The translations under genes were made by a program, and so were the position numbers. Below, piece after piece: positions 1-9,700 of a DNA stretch of 64,000 nucleotides. The DNA comes from Pirellulales bacterium (lineage in GTDB: Bacteria; Planctomycetota; Planctomycetia; Pirellulales; JAEUIK01): contig JBFXAH010000022.1 of the NCBI GenBank assembly GCA_050184475.1, positions 44,517 to 108,516 of the forward strand. Reading direction: 5' to 3'. Position 1 is the first letter of the stretch, and each line of letters begins with the position of its first letter. The notes below the pieces were generated by a model. That model searched no databases and was not told where the DNA came from. It worked only from the letters and a program-made list of their open reading frames with translations.

Positions 1-636
1 CTTGAAGGTGGTTTTGGTGCCGCGTTTACTGGTGGCACCAATGCGGCGGACTTCCCCCTGCGGCAAGCCGCGCTGGTACTCCTGTTGATAGACGTGCCCT
101 TCGCGCGAGACTTCGACCTCGCACCATTCGGACAAGAAGTTGACGACCGTCACGCCGACGCCGTGCAACCCACCCGAGGTCTGGTAGGCTCCCTTCTTGA
201 ATTTGCCGCCGAACTTCAGATAGGTCATCACTCCTTCGAGCGTGGAGACCCCTAGTTCGGGATGGATTTCGACGGGGATACCACGGCCGTTGTCTTCGAC
301 CGTGGCCGAGCCGTCGACGTTGATCGTAATGTCGACCTGCGAGGCGTAGCCGGCCATCGCCTCGTCGATCGAGTTGTCGACCACCTCGTAGACCATATGG
401 TGCAGGCCACGCACCGTGGTGTCGCCGATGTACATACTGGGGCGTTCACGAACGTGCTCGAGATCGCTGAGGTGCTCGAGATCGCCAGCGCCATACTCGG
501 CATTGCCGCGCTGTTCTTCGAGCCGCGCGAAGTCCGCAGGCGCGTTCTGCGATTCGTCGGCCGCGGCCGACGCGGGGTCGACCGGGCCTTGGTGGGATTG
601 CTTGTTCTGATCGGAATTGTCGGCTGCTTCCGCCAT
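1..636 (-). CDS. gyrB: DNA gyrase subunit B, 5' part (gene runs off the left edge, so it is absent from the ORF track)
   Basis: My own minus-strand translation from ATG 636-634 gives MAEAADNSDQNK...LEHVRERPSMYIGD...VEDNGRGIPVEIHPE...TSGGLHGVGVTVVN. These are GHKL ATPase signatures of GyrB. The frame stays open to position 1. Confidence 0.95.
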   Translation of the reverse strand, partial: MAEAADNSDQNKQSHQGPVDPASAAADESQNAPADFARLEEQRGNAEYGAGDLEHLSDLEHVRERPSMYIGDTTVRGLHHMVYEVVDNSIDEAMAGYASQVDITINVDGSATVEDNGRGIPVEIHPELGVSTLEGVMTYLKFGGKFKKGAYQTSGGLHGVGVTVVNFLSEWCEVEVSREGHVYQQEYQRGLPQGEVRRIGATSKRGTKTTFK

Positions 637-715
637 CATTGCTGCGTTCCTTAAACGAACATCCGTGCTAGTGCGTTACTCGGCGCCCGACCTCGTGCCG
701 GCGCGGTGGGTTCGG

Positions 716-1021
716 TCAGTCGACTCGTCCGACGCGGACACGCAAATCGACCAGGTGCTCGTCGGGCAGGGCTGCCTGAAGCCTGGCCAACAGAGCGGAG
801 CGCTCGAAAGCGATCGCCTGCACCAGGCTCGAACTGCTGACCACGACGTCGAGCACTCCCTGTTTGATGGCGCCAACTCGGCTGCGCTGGGCCAGCAACG
901 CGCCGGCCGATTGCCGCCAGGCCTCGTCCAGCGCCAGGCCAGCCTGTTGCCGGGCGAAGCCGCGACGCGCCATCAGCTCAGTCATCAAGTCAGCCAATTT
1001 AACTGGTCGACCCTGGGCCAT
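716..1021 (-). CDS. DUF721/DciA-like small protein
   Basis: 101-aa ORF lying between dnaN and gyrB, the classic position for this family. The pattern W..sAG..la..s.v..ik.GVL.V.V.sS.l.q.iaFe...ll.rL matches my recollection of DUF721. Needs an HMM check. Confidence 0.7.
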   Translation of the reverse strand: MAQGRPVKLADLMTELMARRGFARQQAGLALDEAWRQSAGALLAQRSRVGAIKQGVLDVVVSSSSLVQAIAFERSALLARLQAALPDEHLVDLRVRVGRVD

Positions 1022-1152
1022 CCGTGTCCTCGCTGGAGCGTGCGGCGACGATCCGCCGGGGCTCTAACTGGTGGGCATCTGTGTTGGTCTGGCAACCGTA
1101 AGCCCGCCTGGCAAAACCCGGCTGCTCGCGGTCGTGAGCAAAGCCATCTCCG

Positions 1153-2268
1153 TTAATGCTCGCGGGCCAGCGGCATGATCACGTAACCATAGCCATCGCT
1201 GGTTGAGCAAACCGCGGCGCTGGCCGAGTCCTTCAACTCGATTTTGAAGTTCGACTCGGGATCAAGCACCTTGAGAAAGTCGGTCACAAACCGCGGATCG
1301 AGCGTGATGCCGATCGTTGGGCCGGCATAACCGATCGGCAATTCGACGCGCGACTGCCCCAGTTCGGCCGCGCGGCCCGTGAGCACCACGCGACCATCGC
1401 CGAAGTTGAAGTCGACGCCGCGCGTTTCGTCACTCGTGAGAATCGCCGCCTGCCGCACCGCCGTGTAGAACGGCCCGACCATCAACTCGACCTGCGTAGC
1501 ATCTTGCCGCTGGGGGAAGACATCGCGCCAACGGGGAAAGCGCCCTTCGACCAGCCGGCTCGAAACGGTGCTCTGCCCCGCCTGAACCAGCACGCTCCCC
1601 GACTTCACGGTCAAGCGAATGTCGGCATCTGCCTCGGTGAGCGCTCGTTCGATGAGGTGCATGGCCTTGGTCGGCACGATCGTCGTGCCGTCGGCGACCT
1701 GGTGCCCCCCCACCGCTTTCGCGGGACCGTGCATCGTCGCCAGGCGGCGGCCGTCGGTCCCCACGGCGGTGAGTTGGTCGGCAGCGAACTCCAGAAGGAC
1801 GCCCCCCAGGGCATACCGCGTGCTCTCGTTGTCGGTAGCAAACACCGTGCGGCGGATCATCTCGCGCAGTAGCCGGGCCGGCACTTCGTGATAGGCCGAT
1901 TCTTGAAAGCCGCTGACGGCCGGGTACTCGTCGGGGTTTTCGCCCAGCAGGTGGAACTCGCTCCGCTCACCACGCACCAACGTGCCTTGCGATTCGGCTT
2001 CGAGCCGTAGCGCTTGGTCGCTGCTTTCGCGCAGAATTGAACCAAACCGACCGGTGGGCAGGATCACACTACCGGGAGCATCGACGTCAACGCCTGGCAC
2101 GTCGACACGAACGCCGATCTCCAGGTCCGTGGCGACGAGCGTTGCCTGTCCGTCGCGTGCTTCGAGCTTGACGTTTTGCAGGATTGGCTTGGTGCTGCGC
2201 GCCGGCGCCACGGCGCTGGCGGTTTGGAAGGCCGCCAAAAGCTTGTCGCGTTGACACACGACTTTCAT
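1153..2268 (-). CDS. dnaN: DNA polymerase III beta sliding clamp
   Basis: 371 aa starting MKVVCQRDKLLAAFQTASAVAPARSTKPILQNVKLEA, with typical three-domain clamp length. It sits immediately downstream of dnaA. Confidence 0.95.
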   Translation of the reverse strand: MKVVCQRDKLLAAFQTASAVAPARSTKPILQNVKLEARDGQATLVATDLEIGVRVDVPGVDVDAPGSVILPTGRFGSILRESSDQALRLEAESQGTLVRGERSEFHLLGENPDEYPAVSGFQESAYHEVPARLLREMIRRTVFATDNESTRYALGGVLLEFAADQLTAVGTDGRRLATMHGPAKAVGGHQVADGTTIVPTKAMHLIERALTEADADIRLTVKSGSVLVQAGQSTVSSRLVEGRFPRWRDVFPQRQDATQVELMVGPFYTAVRQAAILTSDETRGVDFNFGDGRVVLTGRAAELGQSRVELPIGYAGPTIGITLDPRFVTDFLKVLDPESNFKIELKDSASAAVCSTSDGYGYVIMPLAREH

Positions 2269-2796
2269 CGGGGTTGATCCCTTTCTGCATTTACCGCCAG
2301 GCGAATAGGTCCGTTCGCAAACGAACGGCCGCAGCCGACGTTGGATTGCGGCCGCTCATCGCACTGGTTCTTGCTATTAGTATTTCACTCTTATAAAGAA
2401 ACAGCAGTCGTAGTAAGGGCGCCTGGTCGGCATGTCGATAATTCTCTCGCCAAGATGCCCAAACACCTATTCACCAACGATTTGCCTGCCTCTCATCAAA
2501 TCAATCCACTAGTGGACAAGCTGTCGCGCAAAGCACGCTACAACGGTTTCCTCTCTGTCTGGTAATGCCTCAAAGCAAGCCGCGCTTCGGGTCGCGTCAA
2601 ACTGCCCTGCCGAAAATCGACAGCCTGCCGACAGCGCCGCCTGGCCGGTCGCCGAGCCTCGCGCTCCGTGGCCGCATCGATGTTCGCGCTTGTCCCCCGC
2701 TCGTGTTGTGTCGAACTCCGTTGCTGACACCGTTTGGCCGGCGCCCTCATTCGCCACGACCGCCGAGTACGTAAGTGGCTCGGCGGCAAGCATATC
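2269..2796. promoter_or_regulatory. Candidate oriC / dnaN promoter region (dnaA-dnaN intergenic)
   Basis: 528-bp non-coding gap. It holds the only strongly AT-rich stretch nearby (about 2371-2400, ttgctattagtatttcactcttataaagaaa). A palindrome TCCACTAGTGGA (2505-2516) forms two inverted DnaA-box-like 9-mers, aATCCACt and TTgTCCACt, versus the consensus TTATCCACA. Confidence 0.4.
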
Positions 2797-4047
2797 CTAG
2801 TGCTCGGCCTTACGGCGCCGAGCCCGAATTGTAAGCGTTGACCGAGCAGTCGCATCCGATGCAAATCTGCCGGTGGGCTTACAGACATTGTCTATCGATT
2901 CAACCGCCGCGCGCAAACGAGGATCGGTCGCAACTTGCTGGCCGATCTTTCGCCAGGCGTGGAGCACCGTCGTGTGGTCTCTGCCGCTAAAGAACCGACC
3001 AATACACTGCAGGCTTTGCGATGTCAGTTCGCGGGCGAGGTACATCGACACAGCCCGCGCCAGCGCGACGTGCCGCTGCCGCGACAGGCCTCGCACCTGG
3101 CTGGTAGGCAACCCAAAGTGTCGGGCCGCTGCGCGGGCGATTGCTTCCAGCGAGGGCTCGCTTTGTTGGTTGAACTCTGCGATTACTTGATCGATATCCG
3201 CCGCTTCGAGTCGATTGCGGCGTGGGCTTCGACTGGGCTCTCGCGGACCGTGCAGCAAGGCGAGCCGGGTTGTAGCGGCGTAGATGTCTCGCGAGTTGCC
3301 GATGACCCCGGCGGCCAGGCGGGCAATCGACTCCTCCGATAAAGCCAGGCCCTGACGCCGCGCAAAGTGCGCGACCAATTGCTCGCGCGCCGCGTGGGCG
3401 GGGGGAGCGATCTGGATGACTAGCCCCGCCAGCAAACGCCCTGTTAGTGCGGGGAGTAACTCTAGGTCGCCAGGCAGCGCCCGTGCCGAGACAATGGCCT
3501 GCCCGCCGGACTGTTCCAAAGCGTCGAACGTGCGAGCGAGTTCGAGCTGCGCCTCGGGGCGATGGACCAATTCGTGAATGTCGTCGATCGCCAGCAATCG
3601 AGCCGCTCGCCAGCGGCCGGTCAGCTCGGCCGTACTTTGCGTTTCGATGGCGTCGGCGTATTGCCGAGCGAAATCGGTGGCCGTGACCACAATCACTTCC
3701 TGGCCTGCGTCGTCCACCGCTGCCCGCCGCCGAACCTCGGCGGCCAAGGCGGCAATAAGATGCGATTTGCCGACGCCGCTGGGGCCATACAGCACCAGCG
3801 GGCTGCACCACGCGACTTGATCTGCAGGTGTTGTTCGCTCGCCATTGAGCAGCATCAGGACAGCCGCCGCGAGGCAGCGGTTCTCGGGGCCGGCGACGAA
3901 CGCCGCCGCGGGCGATCGCGGTCTTTCAGATGCGCTGGCCTCGCCCGCAAAAGGGATCGCCAGCACGCCGGAAGAAGCTAGTGAAATCTGCGAGACCATG
4001 CCGCGCGACGCGTCACAATTGGGTTGGCAAATCGGCCGCCGAAGCAA
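2797..4047 (-). CDS. dnaA: Chromosomal replication initiator DnaA (short N-terminus)
   Basis: FVAGPENRCLAAA precedes Walker A GPSGVGKSHL at about residue 88. The C-terminal domain IV helix-turn-helix reads RHVALARAVSMYLARELTSQSLQCIGRFFSGRDHTTVLHAWRKI. The start could instead be M17 (3999). Confidence 0.85.
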   Translation of the reverse strand: MLRRPICQPNCDASRGMVSQISLASSGVLAIPFAGEASASERPRSPAAAFVAGPENRCLAAAVLMLLNGERTTPADQVAWCSPLVLYGPSGVGKSHLIAALAAEVRRRAAVDDAGQEVIVVTATDFARQYADAIETQSTAELTGRWRAARLLAIDDIHELVHRPEAQLELARTFDALEQSGGQAIVSARALPGDLELLPALTGRLLAGLVIQIAPPAHAAREQLVAHFARRQGLALSEESIARLAAGVIGNSRDIYAATTRLALLHGPREPSRSPRRNRLEAADIDQVIAEFNQQSEPSLEAIARAAARHFGLPTSQVRGLSRQRHVALARAVSMYLARELTSQSLQCIGRFFSGRDHTTVLHAWRKIGQQVATDPRLRAAVESIDNVCKPTGRFASDATARSTLTIRARRRKAEH

Positions 4048-4054
4048 ACCAGAA

Positions 4055-5248
4055 TTATAGAGAATTTGACGTTCCGGCGGGAGATGTCGCGGCGATTTTT
4101 CGGCCTAGTTTCGAACCCTCCAAGTCGTTGCAAACTTGCAAGATGCGGGCCGCGGCGTCGTCCACCTCGACCTCGGTTGTGGTAGCACCAAGACTGAACC
4201 GCAAAGCGCTATTCAGCAGGGTGTCGGGCAACCCCATCGCCTGCAGCACGGCCGAGGGTTCGCTCGATCCGCTGGCACAGGCCGATCCAGGCGAACAGTG
4301 CACGCCGGCCAGATCGAGAGCGACGAACAGCTCCTGCCGGTCAAGACCCACAAACGACACGTTCGAGGTATGGGGCAATCGCGCGGCGTTGGCCCCGTTG
4401 ACGACCAACCCCGCGCGTCCGGCGCGGAGGAGGCCCTCAAACCGGTCGCGCAGTCGCGCCATGCGCTGGTATCGCTCGTCGGCTTCGCTGGCCCAAAGCT
4501 CCAAGGCCCGGCATAGCCCGATGGCCAGTTCGACCGACTCCGTGCCCGGACGCAACCCTTGTTGGTGGAAGCCGCCGCAGAGCACGCTTTCCAGCGGAGC
4601 GTCGCCGTCGACCACCAAAGCACCGATCCCGCGTGGGCCGTGGAACTTGTGGGCCGCCAGGCTCAAGGCAGTCGCGCCGAGTCGATCGAAGTCGACCGCC
4701 AGCTTGCCGACCGCTTGCACGGCGTCGGTGTGCAGCGGCACTCCTGCCGCGCGGCAGATTTCAGCCACCTCGGCGATGGGCTGCAGCACGCCGGTGTCGT
4801 TGTTCCCCCACATCAGGCTGACAAGGCGAGTCGGTTTGCTGATCGCGGCAAGAAGCTGATCGAGGTCGATCACGCCGTCGCCTGTCGCACCGATCCGCAC
4901 GACCTCCCAACCGCGACGTTCGAGCCGGGCTGCGGACGCCAGCACGCTGGCATGCTCGATGGCCGAAACGACTACTCGACCAGGCGATTCACCGGCCAAT
5001 CCAAAGAGCGCCAGATTATTCGCCTCGGTACCGCCGCTGGTCATCACGAGCCGAGTACCCGGCCGACGCGCGCCCAACACCGCGGAAATCCGCTCGCGAG
5101 CATCTTCGAGCGCGCTGCGGGCCCGGCGGCCCAATGCGTGCTGGCTGGCGGCGTTGGCATACTCGGCACGCCAGGCATCGTCGATTGCCTCGCGGACGCG
5201 GGGGTCGAGCGGCGTCGTGGCGTTCTGGTCGAGATTGATCTTGCGCAT
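4055..5248 (-). CDS. Cysteine desulfurase (class V aminotransferase, NifS/IscS-like)
   Basis: MRKINLDQNATTPLDP..., PLP-lysine context SLAAHKFHGPRGIGALVV, and active-site Cys region HCSPGSACASGS. The ORF extends to 5338, but M31 at 5248 matches family N-termini. Confidence 0.9.
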   Translation of the reverse strand: MRKINLDQNATTPLDPRVREAIDDAWRAEYANAASQHALGRRARSALEDARERISAVLGARRPGTRLVMTSGGTEANNLALFGLAGESPGRVVVSAIEHASVLASAARLERRGWEVVRIGATGDGVIDLDQLLAAISKPTRLVSLMWGNNDTGVLQPIAEVAEICRAAGVPLHTDAVQAVGKLAVDFDRLGATALSLAAHKFHGPRGIGALVVDGDAPLESVLCGGFHQQGLRPGTESVELAIGLCRALELWASEADERYQRMARLRDRFEGLLRAGRAGLVVNGANAARLPHTSNVSFVGLDRQELFVALDLAGVHCSPGSACASGSSEPSAVLQAMGLPDTLLNSALRFSLGATTTEVEVDDAAARILQVCNDLEGSKLGRKIAATSPAGTSNSL

Positions 5249-5465
5249 GCGAAGCGGCCCGCCCCAAAAGGAACTGCCTGGCTCTAAACACTCTGCCAGA
5301 AAGTAATTGGAGCACAATGCAATCGCGGTTGAAAGCACCGGGGCAAGGCCTTTCGAGCGCGATCGGGAGGAACCGCGACATGCTCCGATTGGCGTTGCGG
5401 CATTACCGATTCGCCGACTATGATCCGCCCCGCGCTAAGGGGCAGCTCGCCGCGCGAAGGTCTGG

Positions 5466-6242
5466 ATGGCGCGGGCAATCGAGTCCGCAGGGAATTGGAC
5501 GGACAAAATCATGCAATCGCCGATCGTCGTCATGTTTCGAGCACTGGTGATGCTCTTTTCGCTGATCGCCGTGCCGGCCATCGCCCTGTTCTGGAACCAG
5601 ATCCCCGATGCCGTTGATCGACTCTGGCTGACCATCGAAAAGCACCGCTCCGGAGCGGTTGCGCAAGCCGATCCGATGGATCCGTCGTGGGCCGAACCCG
5701 CGGCGCCCGGAGACGCCCGACCTCAGCTTCAAGAGGCACCGCGTTACGAGCCCATGGGTGCTGCGCCACCGATGGTCGAACCTCCGACGGTTAGCGCACC
5801 GCACGGCGGCGCGGAGCAAATGACCGCGAGTTCGGCGATCCCTGGCGCAAGCCATCCCGCCGCGAATCGTGGTGTTCCGTCCGAAGTGCGCACGGCCGAT
5901 GCGGTTAGTCATGCCGCCGCGCCCAACCCGGTACGTCCGGCCGGCTACAACGAACCGGTCGTGCGCGGCCAGGCGCCGGGGTCGATCGAAGAACCAATGC
6001 CTGCGCCTGCCACCGATCAGTTCACGGCGATGCAGTACCGGCTACGTCAGCTCGGGGCGACCTACTATTTGCTGGAGAACTGGGGGAGCGACGGCTCGCT
6101 CTACCGCTTCCACTGCAAGATGGCCATTGCCGGAAACTCTCGCTATACGCGCCACTTCGAGGCCACTGACCGTACGCCATTACAGGCAATCGGTCGTGTG
6201 TTGCGCGATGTCGAGGCGTGGCGTGCCGGTCGAGCCCCCTGA
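5466..6242 (+). CDS. Hypothetical protein with N-terminal TM anchor
   Basis: 258-aa ORF with the hydrophobic segment IVVMFRALVMLFSLIAVPAIALFW, a Pro/Ala-rich linker and a folded-looking C-terminus (YYLLENWGSDGSLYRFHCKMAI). No family recognised. Confidence 0.5.
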   Translation: MARAIESAGNWTDKIMQSPIVVMFRALVMLFSLIAVPAIALFWNQIPDAVDRLWLTIEKHRSGAVAQADPMDPSWAEPAAPGDARPQLQEAPRYEPMGAAPPMVEPPTVSAPHGGAEQMTASSAIPGASHPAANRGVPSEVRTADAVSHAAAPNPVRPAGYNEPVVRGQAPGSIEEPMPAPATDQFTAMQYRLRQLGATYYLLENWGSDGSLYRFHCKMAIAGNSRYTRHFEATDRTPLQAIGRVLRDVEAWRAGRAP

Positions 6243-6771
6243 CGCGCCCCTTGGGGCCATCCACACCATTTGGCCACACCCGGCGATCCTGTGCGTTCTT
6301 GCCCCGTTGGCCCAACATCGGCCCTGTCTAAACCCGCTTGTTCTGCGCAAAGCACGGCCTGACGCGGTCGTGTGCGCCGCGGGTGCGCAACCCTCTCCGC
6401 GGGCTCTTCGACGCAGCTAATTTTCGTGCTGCAAAGCGGCTTGCGTAAACGAGTAAGACTTCCTAGTTTGAGGCGCCGGACGGCCGGGCCCTGCCGCGTG
6501 TAACGCGGTCTCGGAAAGGGTTCGGTGGAGCGCTCGAGCCAAGCCTTCGATGTGTCCTGGTTCCGGTGGAAGCAGATTCGTTTGGTAAGAGTTCATGCGA
6601 GGATTGCACGCTACGAACTGGAGCTCGCGAACGACCGCCTTGGGCGCGTCGCGGCCGCTGGTTGCGCGTGGCGGTCAAGCCCATCCGCGATCGTGGCTGC
6701 TGTGGCCGCCGGGCCGTAGCTGGCACTCGTCGGCGAGCGCGCCGGCCGGCCGCGCGGTGCGCAACCCGCGC

Positions 6772-7338
6772 ATGGCGCGACTCGAGGCGGTGCTGCTCGT
6801 GGCGCGCGAGGCCTTGCCGGCACGCCGACTGGCCCATTTGGCCAGCTTGGCGGATGGCACCGAAGCACGTACATTGATTCGCCTGCTGAACGAACGCTTT
6901 GACGCGACGCCAACTGCGTTTCGAGTCGAGGAAGTCGCCGGCGGCTATCGGCTGCTGACCCGCCCGCAGTTTGGCGTGTGGCTACGGCGGTTGAATCAGC
7001 TACCGGCGACGGCGCGGCTGTCGACTCCGGCCTTGGAAACCTTGGCTGTCGTGGCCTATCGTCAGCCATGTGTGCGGGCACAGGTCGAGGCAATTCGCGG
7101 CGTGCAGTGCGGCGAGATGCTGCGGCAACTGATGGATCGCGACTTGGTCCGCATCGCGGGGCGAGCGGCCGAGTTGGGCCGCCCGTTTTTGTATGCGACG
7201 ACCCGACACTTTCTCGAGACCTTCGGTTTGAAATCGCTTGAAGAGTTACCGCGGGGTGCCCAGTTGCGGACTTCGTCGACGGCAGCGTCCGGCGCGCGGC
7301 GCCTCGTGACCGCCACCAGCGACAGCTCCGACAGTTAG
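6772..7338 (+). CDS. scpB: Segregation and condensation protein B
   Basis: MARLEAVLLVAREALPARRLA...FRVEEVAGGYRLLTRPQF...LSTPALETLAVVAYRQPCVRAQVEAIRGVQCGEMLRQLMDRDLVRIAGR. ATG at 6772 was chosen over the ORF start at 6595. Confidence 0.9.
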   Translation: MARLEAVLLVAREALPARRLAHLASLADGTEARTLIRLLNERFDATPTAFRVEEVAGGYRLLTRPQFGVWLRRLNQLPATARLSTPALETLAVVAYRQPCVRAQVEAIRGVQCGEMLRQLMDRDLVRIAGRAAELGRPFLYATTRHFLETFGLKSLEELPRGAQLRTSSTAASGARRLVTATSDSSDS

Positions 7339-7419
7339 ACGAAACTCGACAAGGGCCAGTGGCCGAACAAGGCAGATTTGGTGTTAATTGGATGTCTCGC
7401 TAGGTAAGAGGAGTCTGAC

Positions 7420-7800
7420 GTGAAGATCACATCGTGCGCGGAACTGGATAGCCAGGAGGTGGCCGAGCGCCTGGGGGTGGCCGCGATCGGTATCGCTGCA
7501 ACCCTGAGCGCTCGCCCGTCGACCCTCCAACCGATGGCCGGCCCCGACGACGATGACGACGACTACGACGAAGAAGATGAGGACGACGACGACCTGGACG
7601 ACGACGACGATGAGGATCTAGACGACGACGAGGAAGAAGAAGAGGAAGACGACTTCGAAGACGCCGAATGGGAAGAAGTCGAGGACGAGGAAGAAGAAGA
7701 GGAGGAGGACGAGGAAGACGACGAGTGGGAAGACGACGAGGAAGACGACGACGATTGGGATGACGACGAGGAAGATGAGGACGAAGACGACGACGACTAG
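7420..7800 (+). CDS. Poly-acidic protein (42-aa N-terminal segment plus 84-aa D/E tail)
   Basis: GTG start 6 nt after AAGAGGAG (7406-7413). By my count, 75 of the last 84 residues are D or E, interrupted only by Y, L, L, F, A, W, V, W, W. It lies 81 nt downstream of scpB on the same strand. Confidence 0.6.
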   Translation: MKITSCAELDSQEVAERLGVAAIGIAATLSARPSTLQPMAGPDDDDDDYDEEDEDDDDLDDDDDEDLDDDEEEEEEDDFEDAEWEEVEDEEEEEEEDEEDDEWEDDEEDDDDWDDDEEDEDEDDDD

Positions 7801-7892
7801 TGCCCAGCGCTCGGCGCGTTGCGTGTGAACGGCGTTCGACGCCGGGTCGAAAGTCCCAACAGGTTATGCCCGGACTCTATCGTGCGATTGCC

Positions 7893-8996
7893 TTAGTCGC
7901 GTTCGCGCAGCCGTTCGCGCTTCATTGCCCGGCGTTCGGCCTTGGACAGCCGCCGCTGGCCCGTTGAGCCGGGGCTTTGCGCCCCATCGAACCGCAATTG
8001 CGAGCCGGTCGAAGTAGTGGCGTGCGACGACCTTGGACGGGAATGCGAGGTTTCGTCGCTCGAACTTTCGTCGGAGTCGTGCGAGCGGCGTGCTTCGCCC
8101 TTGTGCTTCGAGCGCTTCGCCTTGGCCGCCCGCTGCTGCAGGCCTCCTTCGGCCTCGAGGATCGTGAAGCGCGCGAACAACGCCAGCGATACCAGCAGGA
8201 ACCAATCGCCGGTCAATTCGAGCCCCTCTTCGAGCATCACGAGATACTCGGCCGGCAGCGGATAGGGAATTGCCTCGAGATGGACCGCCACGGCGGCCCC
8301 CAGCATCAGGCCGGCCAGCACGTAGAAAGCCGTCGCCCCCCGACAGGCCAGAATCTCGAAGGTCAGCCGGCCGCCGACGGCCAGCAGGATCAATCCATAA
8401 GGCAACATCCACCACAAGGCGCCATCGCCGGCGATGTGCGTGCCGGTGAGCCCGGTCATCAGCCCTTGAAAGCCATGATGCAGGCCGGCGGTCTCGTCGA
8501 TGCTCATCACCAGCCAGACGGCGGCCGCCCACAGCCAGATGCGGTACCGGCCGTTGTAGTCGTCCGCCTTATGGCGACGAATCGAATAGACCAGCAACGA
8601 CACCAGCGACGACACTAGCAGCACCGAAGACCCGAGCCAGTTGCCCAAATGCCCGTGCCCGGCCAGGTCGAACGCTGGCACATGTCCGTCGGCGGTCATG
8701 CGGGGCATGAAATAGTAAAGCGCCTCGATGCCCGCGATCGCCAGCGCACCGGCGACGAACCAGAGCGACAGGGCCATGTAGTGGCGCGGCACCAGATCGG
8801 TGACGCGCAAGTGGCCGTCGGCGAACGAGGGATCGCCGTAGCGGCGCGTGCGGCGCGCTTTGCGCACAGCGACCGGCGGGGTGGTTGCCGGCTCCGAGCC
8901 CGCGTCGCCCTTCTTGGTGTCGCGAACGCCGCTGGCCTCGTCGGCCAGCAGGCGGCGGCGGCGTTCGTCGTGGGGAGCAGGGCGATTGAACGACAT
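7893..8996 (-). CDS. Multi-pass membrane protein, unknown function
   Basis: 367 aa with a basic N-terminus, about 7 hydrophobic helices and a basic Ser-rich C-terminal tail. Confidence 0.65.
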   Translation of the reverse strand: MSFNRPAPHDERRRRLLADEASGVRDTKKGDAGSEPATTPPVAVRKARRTRRYGDPSFADGHLRVTDLVPRHYMALSLWFVAGALAIAGIEALYYFMPRMTADGHVPAFDLAGHGHLGNWLGSSVLLVSSLVSLLVYSIRRHKADDYNGRYRIWLWAAAVWLVMSIDETAGLHHGFQGLMTGLTGTHIAGDGALWWMLPYGLILLAVGGRLTFEILACRGATAFYVLAGLMLGAAVAVHLEAIPYPLPAEYLVMLEEGLELTGDWFLLVSLALFARFTILEAEGGLQQRAAKAKRSKHKGEARRSHDSDESSSDETSHSRPRSSHATTSTGSQLRFDGAQSPGSTGQRRLSKAERRAMKRERLRERD

Positions 8997-9250
8997 GGCA
9001 ATTCCCAGCGCGCAGTGGGGGCGGCAAGCACTCAGGTGACGGGCTCTGTTCTGTCAGATTCGGCATTTGCCGCGGGCAAAATCCACTCGCCAGGCAGGAG
9101 GCAGTTCGCGGCAGGAACTGGGCGAGTAAATAACCAGTCGGCGGGCGCATGCAAGCCGGCGCCGAGCGCCGAGAAGTCACGCCTTGCCTCGCTTACGAAC
9201 CAGCGCTGCACAGCGCCGATCGCTAGCAAGCTAGCACCGCGATGGATCGG

Positions 9251-9628
9251 CTAGACAGGCCTGGAGCCTTCGACGACGCGATAGTCGATTGTGATCTCTT
9301 CGTTGACGCCGATGTTCGCTGTTGCGATGTCGATGCCGTAGTTATCGCGCTGATAATCCGGGGCAATGTTCGGCCGCTCGCTATGATTGATGAACCGCGC
9401 GTCGTCGCAACAAAGGATGTAGCGCCCTAGTCGGGCGTCGACGTAGCCATAGTGCAGGAGCCACTCTCGCTGCTTGGGTAAGAGGCCTTCGAGTTGGCGC
9501 GGATCGAGGTCGAGATCAAACCCGGGTGTGAACTGCCATATCGCTTGCCCGCAGGCGATTGGTTCGTCGGCAAAGAGACCGAGCCCGTGAATCGCGCTGG
9601 CGCGCACCCCGGCGGAAACGAGCAACAT
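9251..9628 (-). CDS. Minimal SET-domain protein-lysine methyltransferase (125 aa)
   Basis: GLGLFADEPIACGQAI...RFINHSERPNI...ANIGVNEEITIDY. This gives the NHSxxPN and ELxxDY-type SET signatures. Confidence 0.85.
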   Translation of the reverse strand: MLLVSAGVRASAIHGLGLFADEPIACGQAIWQFTPGFDLDLDPRQLEGLLPKQREWLLHYGYVDARLGRYILCCDDARFINHSERPNIAPDYQRDNYGIDIATANIGVNEEITIDYRVVEGSRPV

Positions 9629-9700
9629 AAGCAGTCTCCTCGTGGCGAGGTTGCTCGCGCCGAATTGCCTGGGTGTGCGGCGGGCGAGCGGCGGCGCGAT

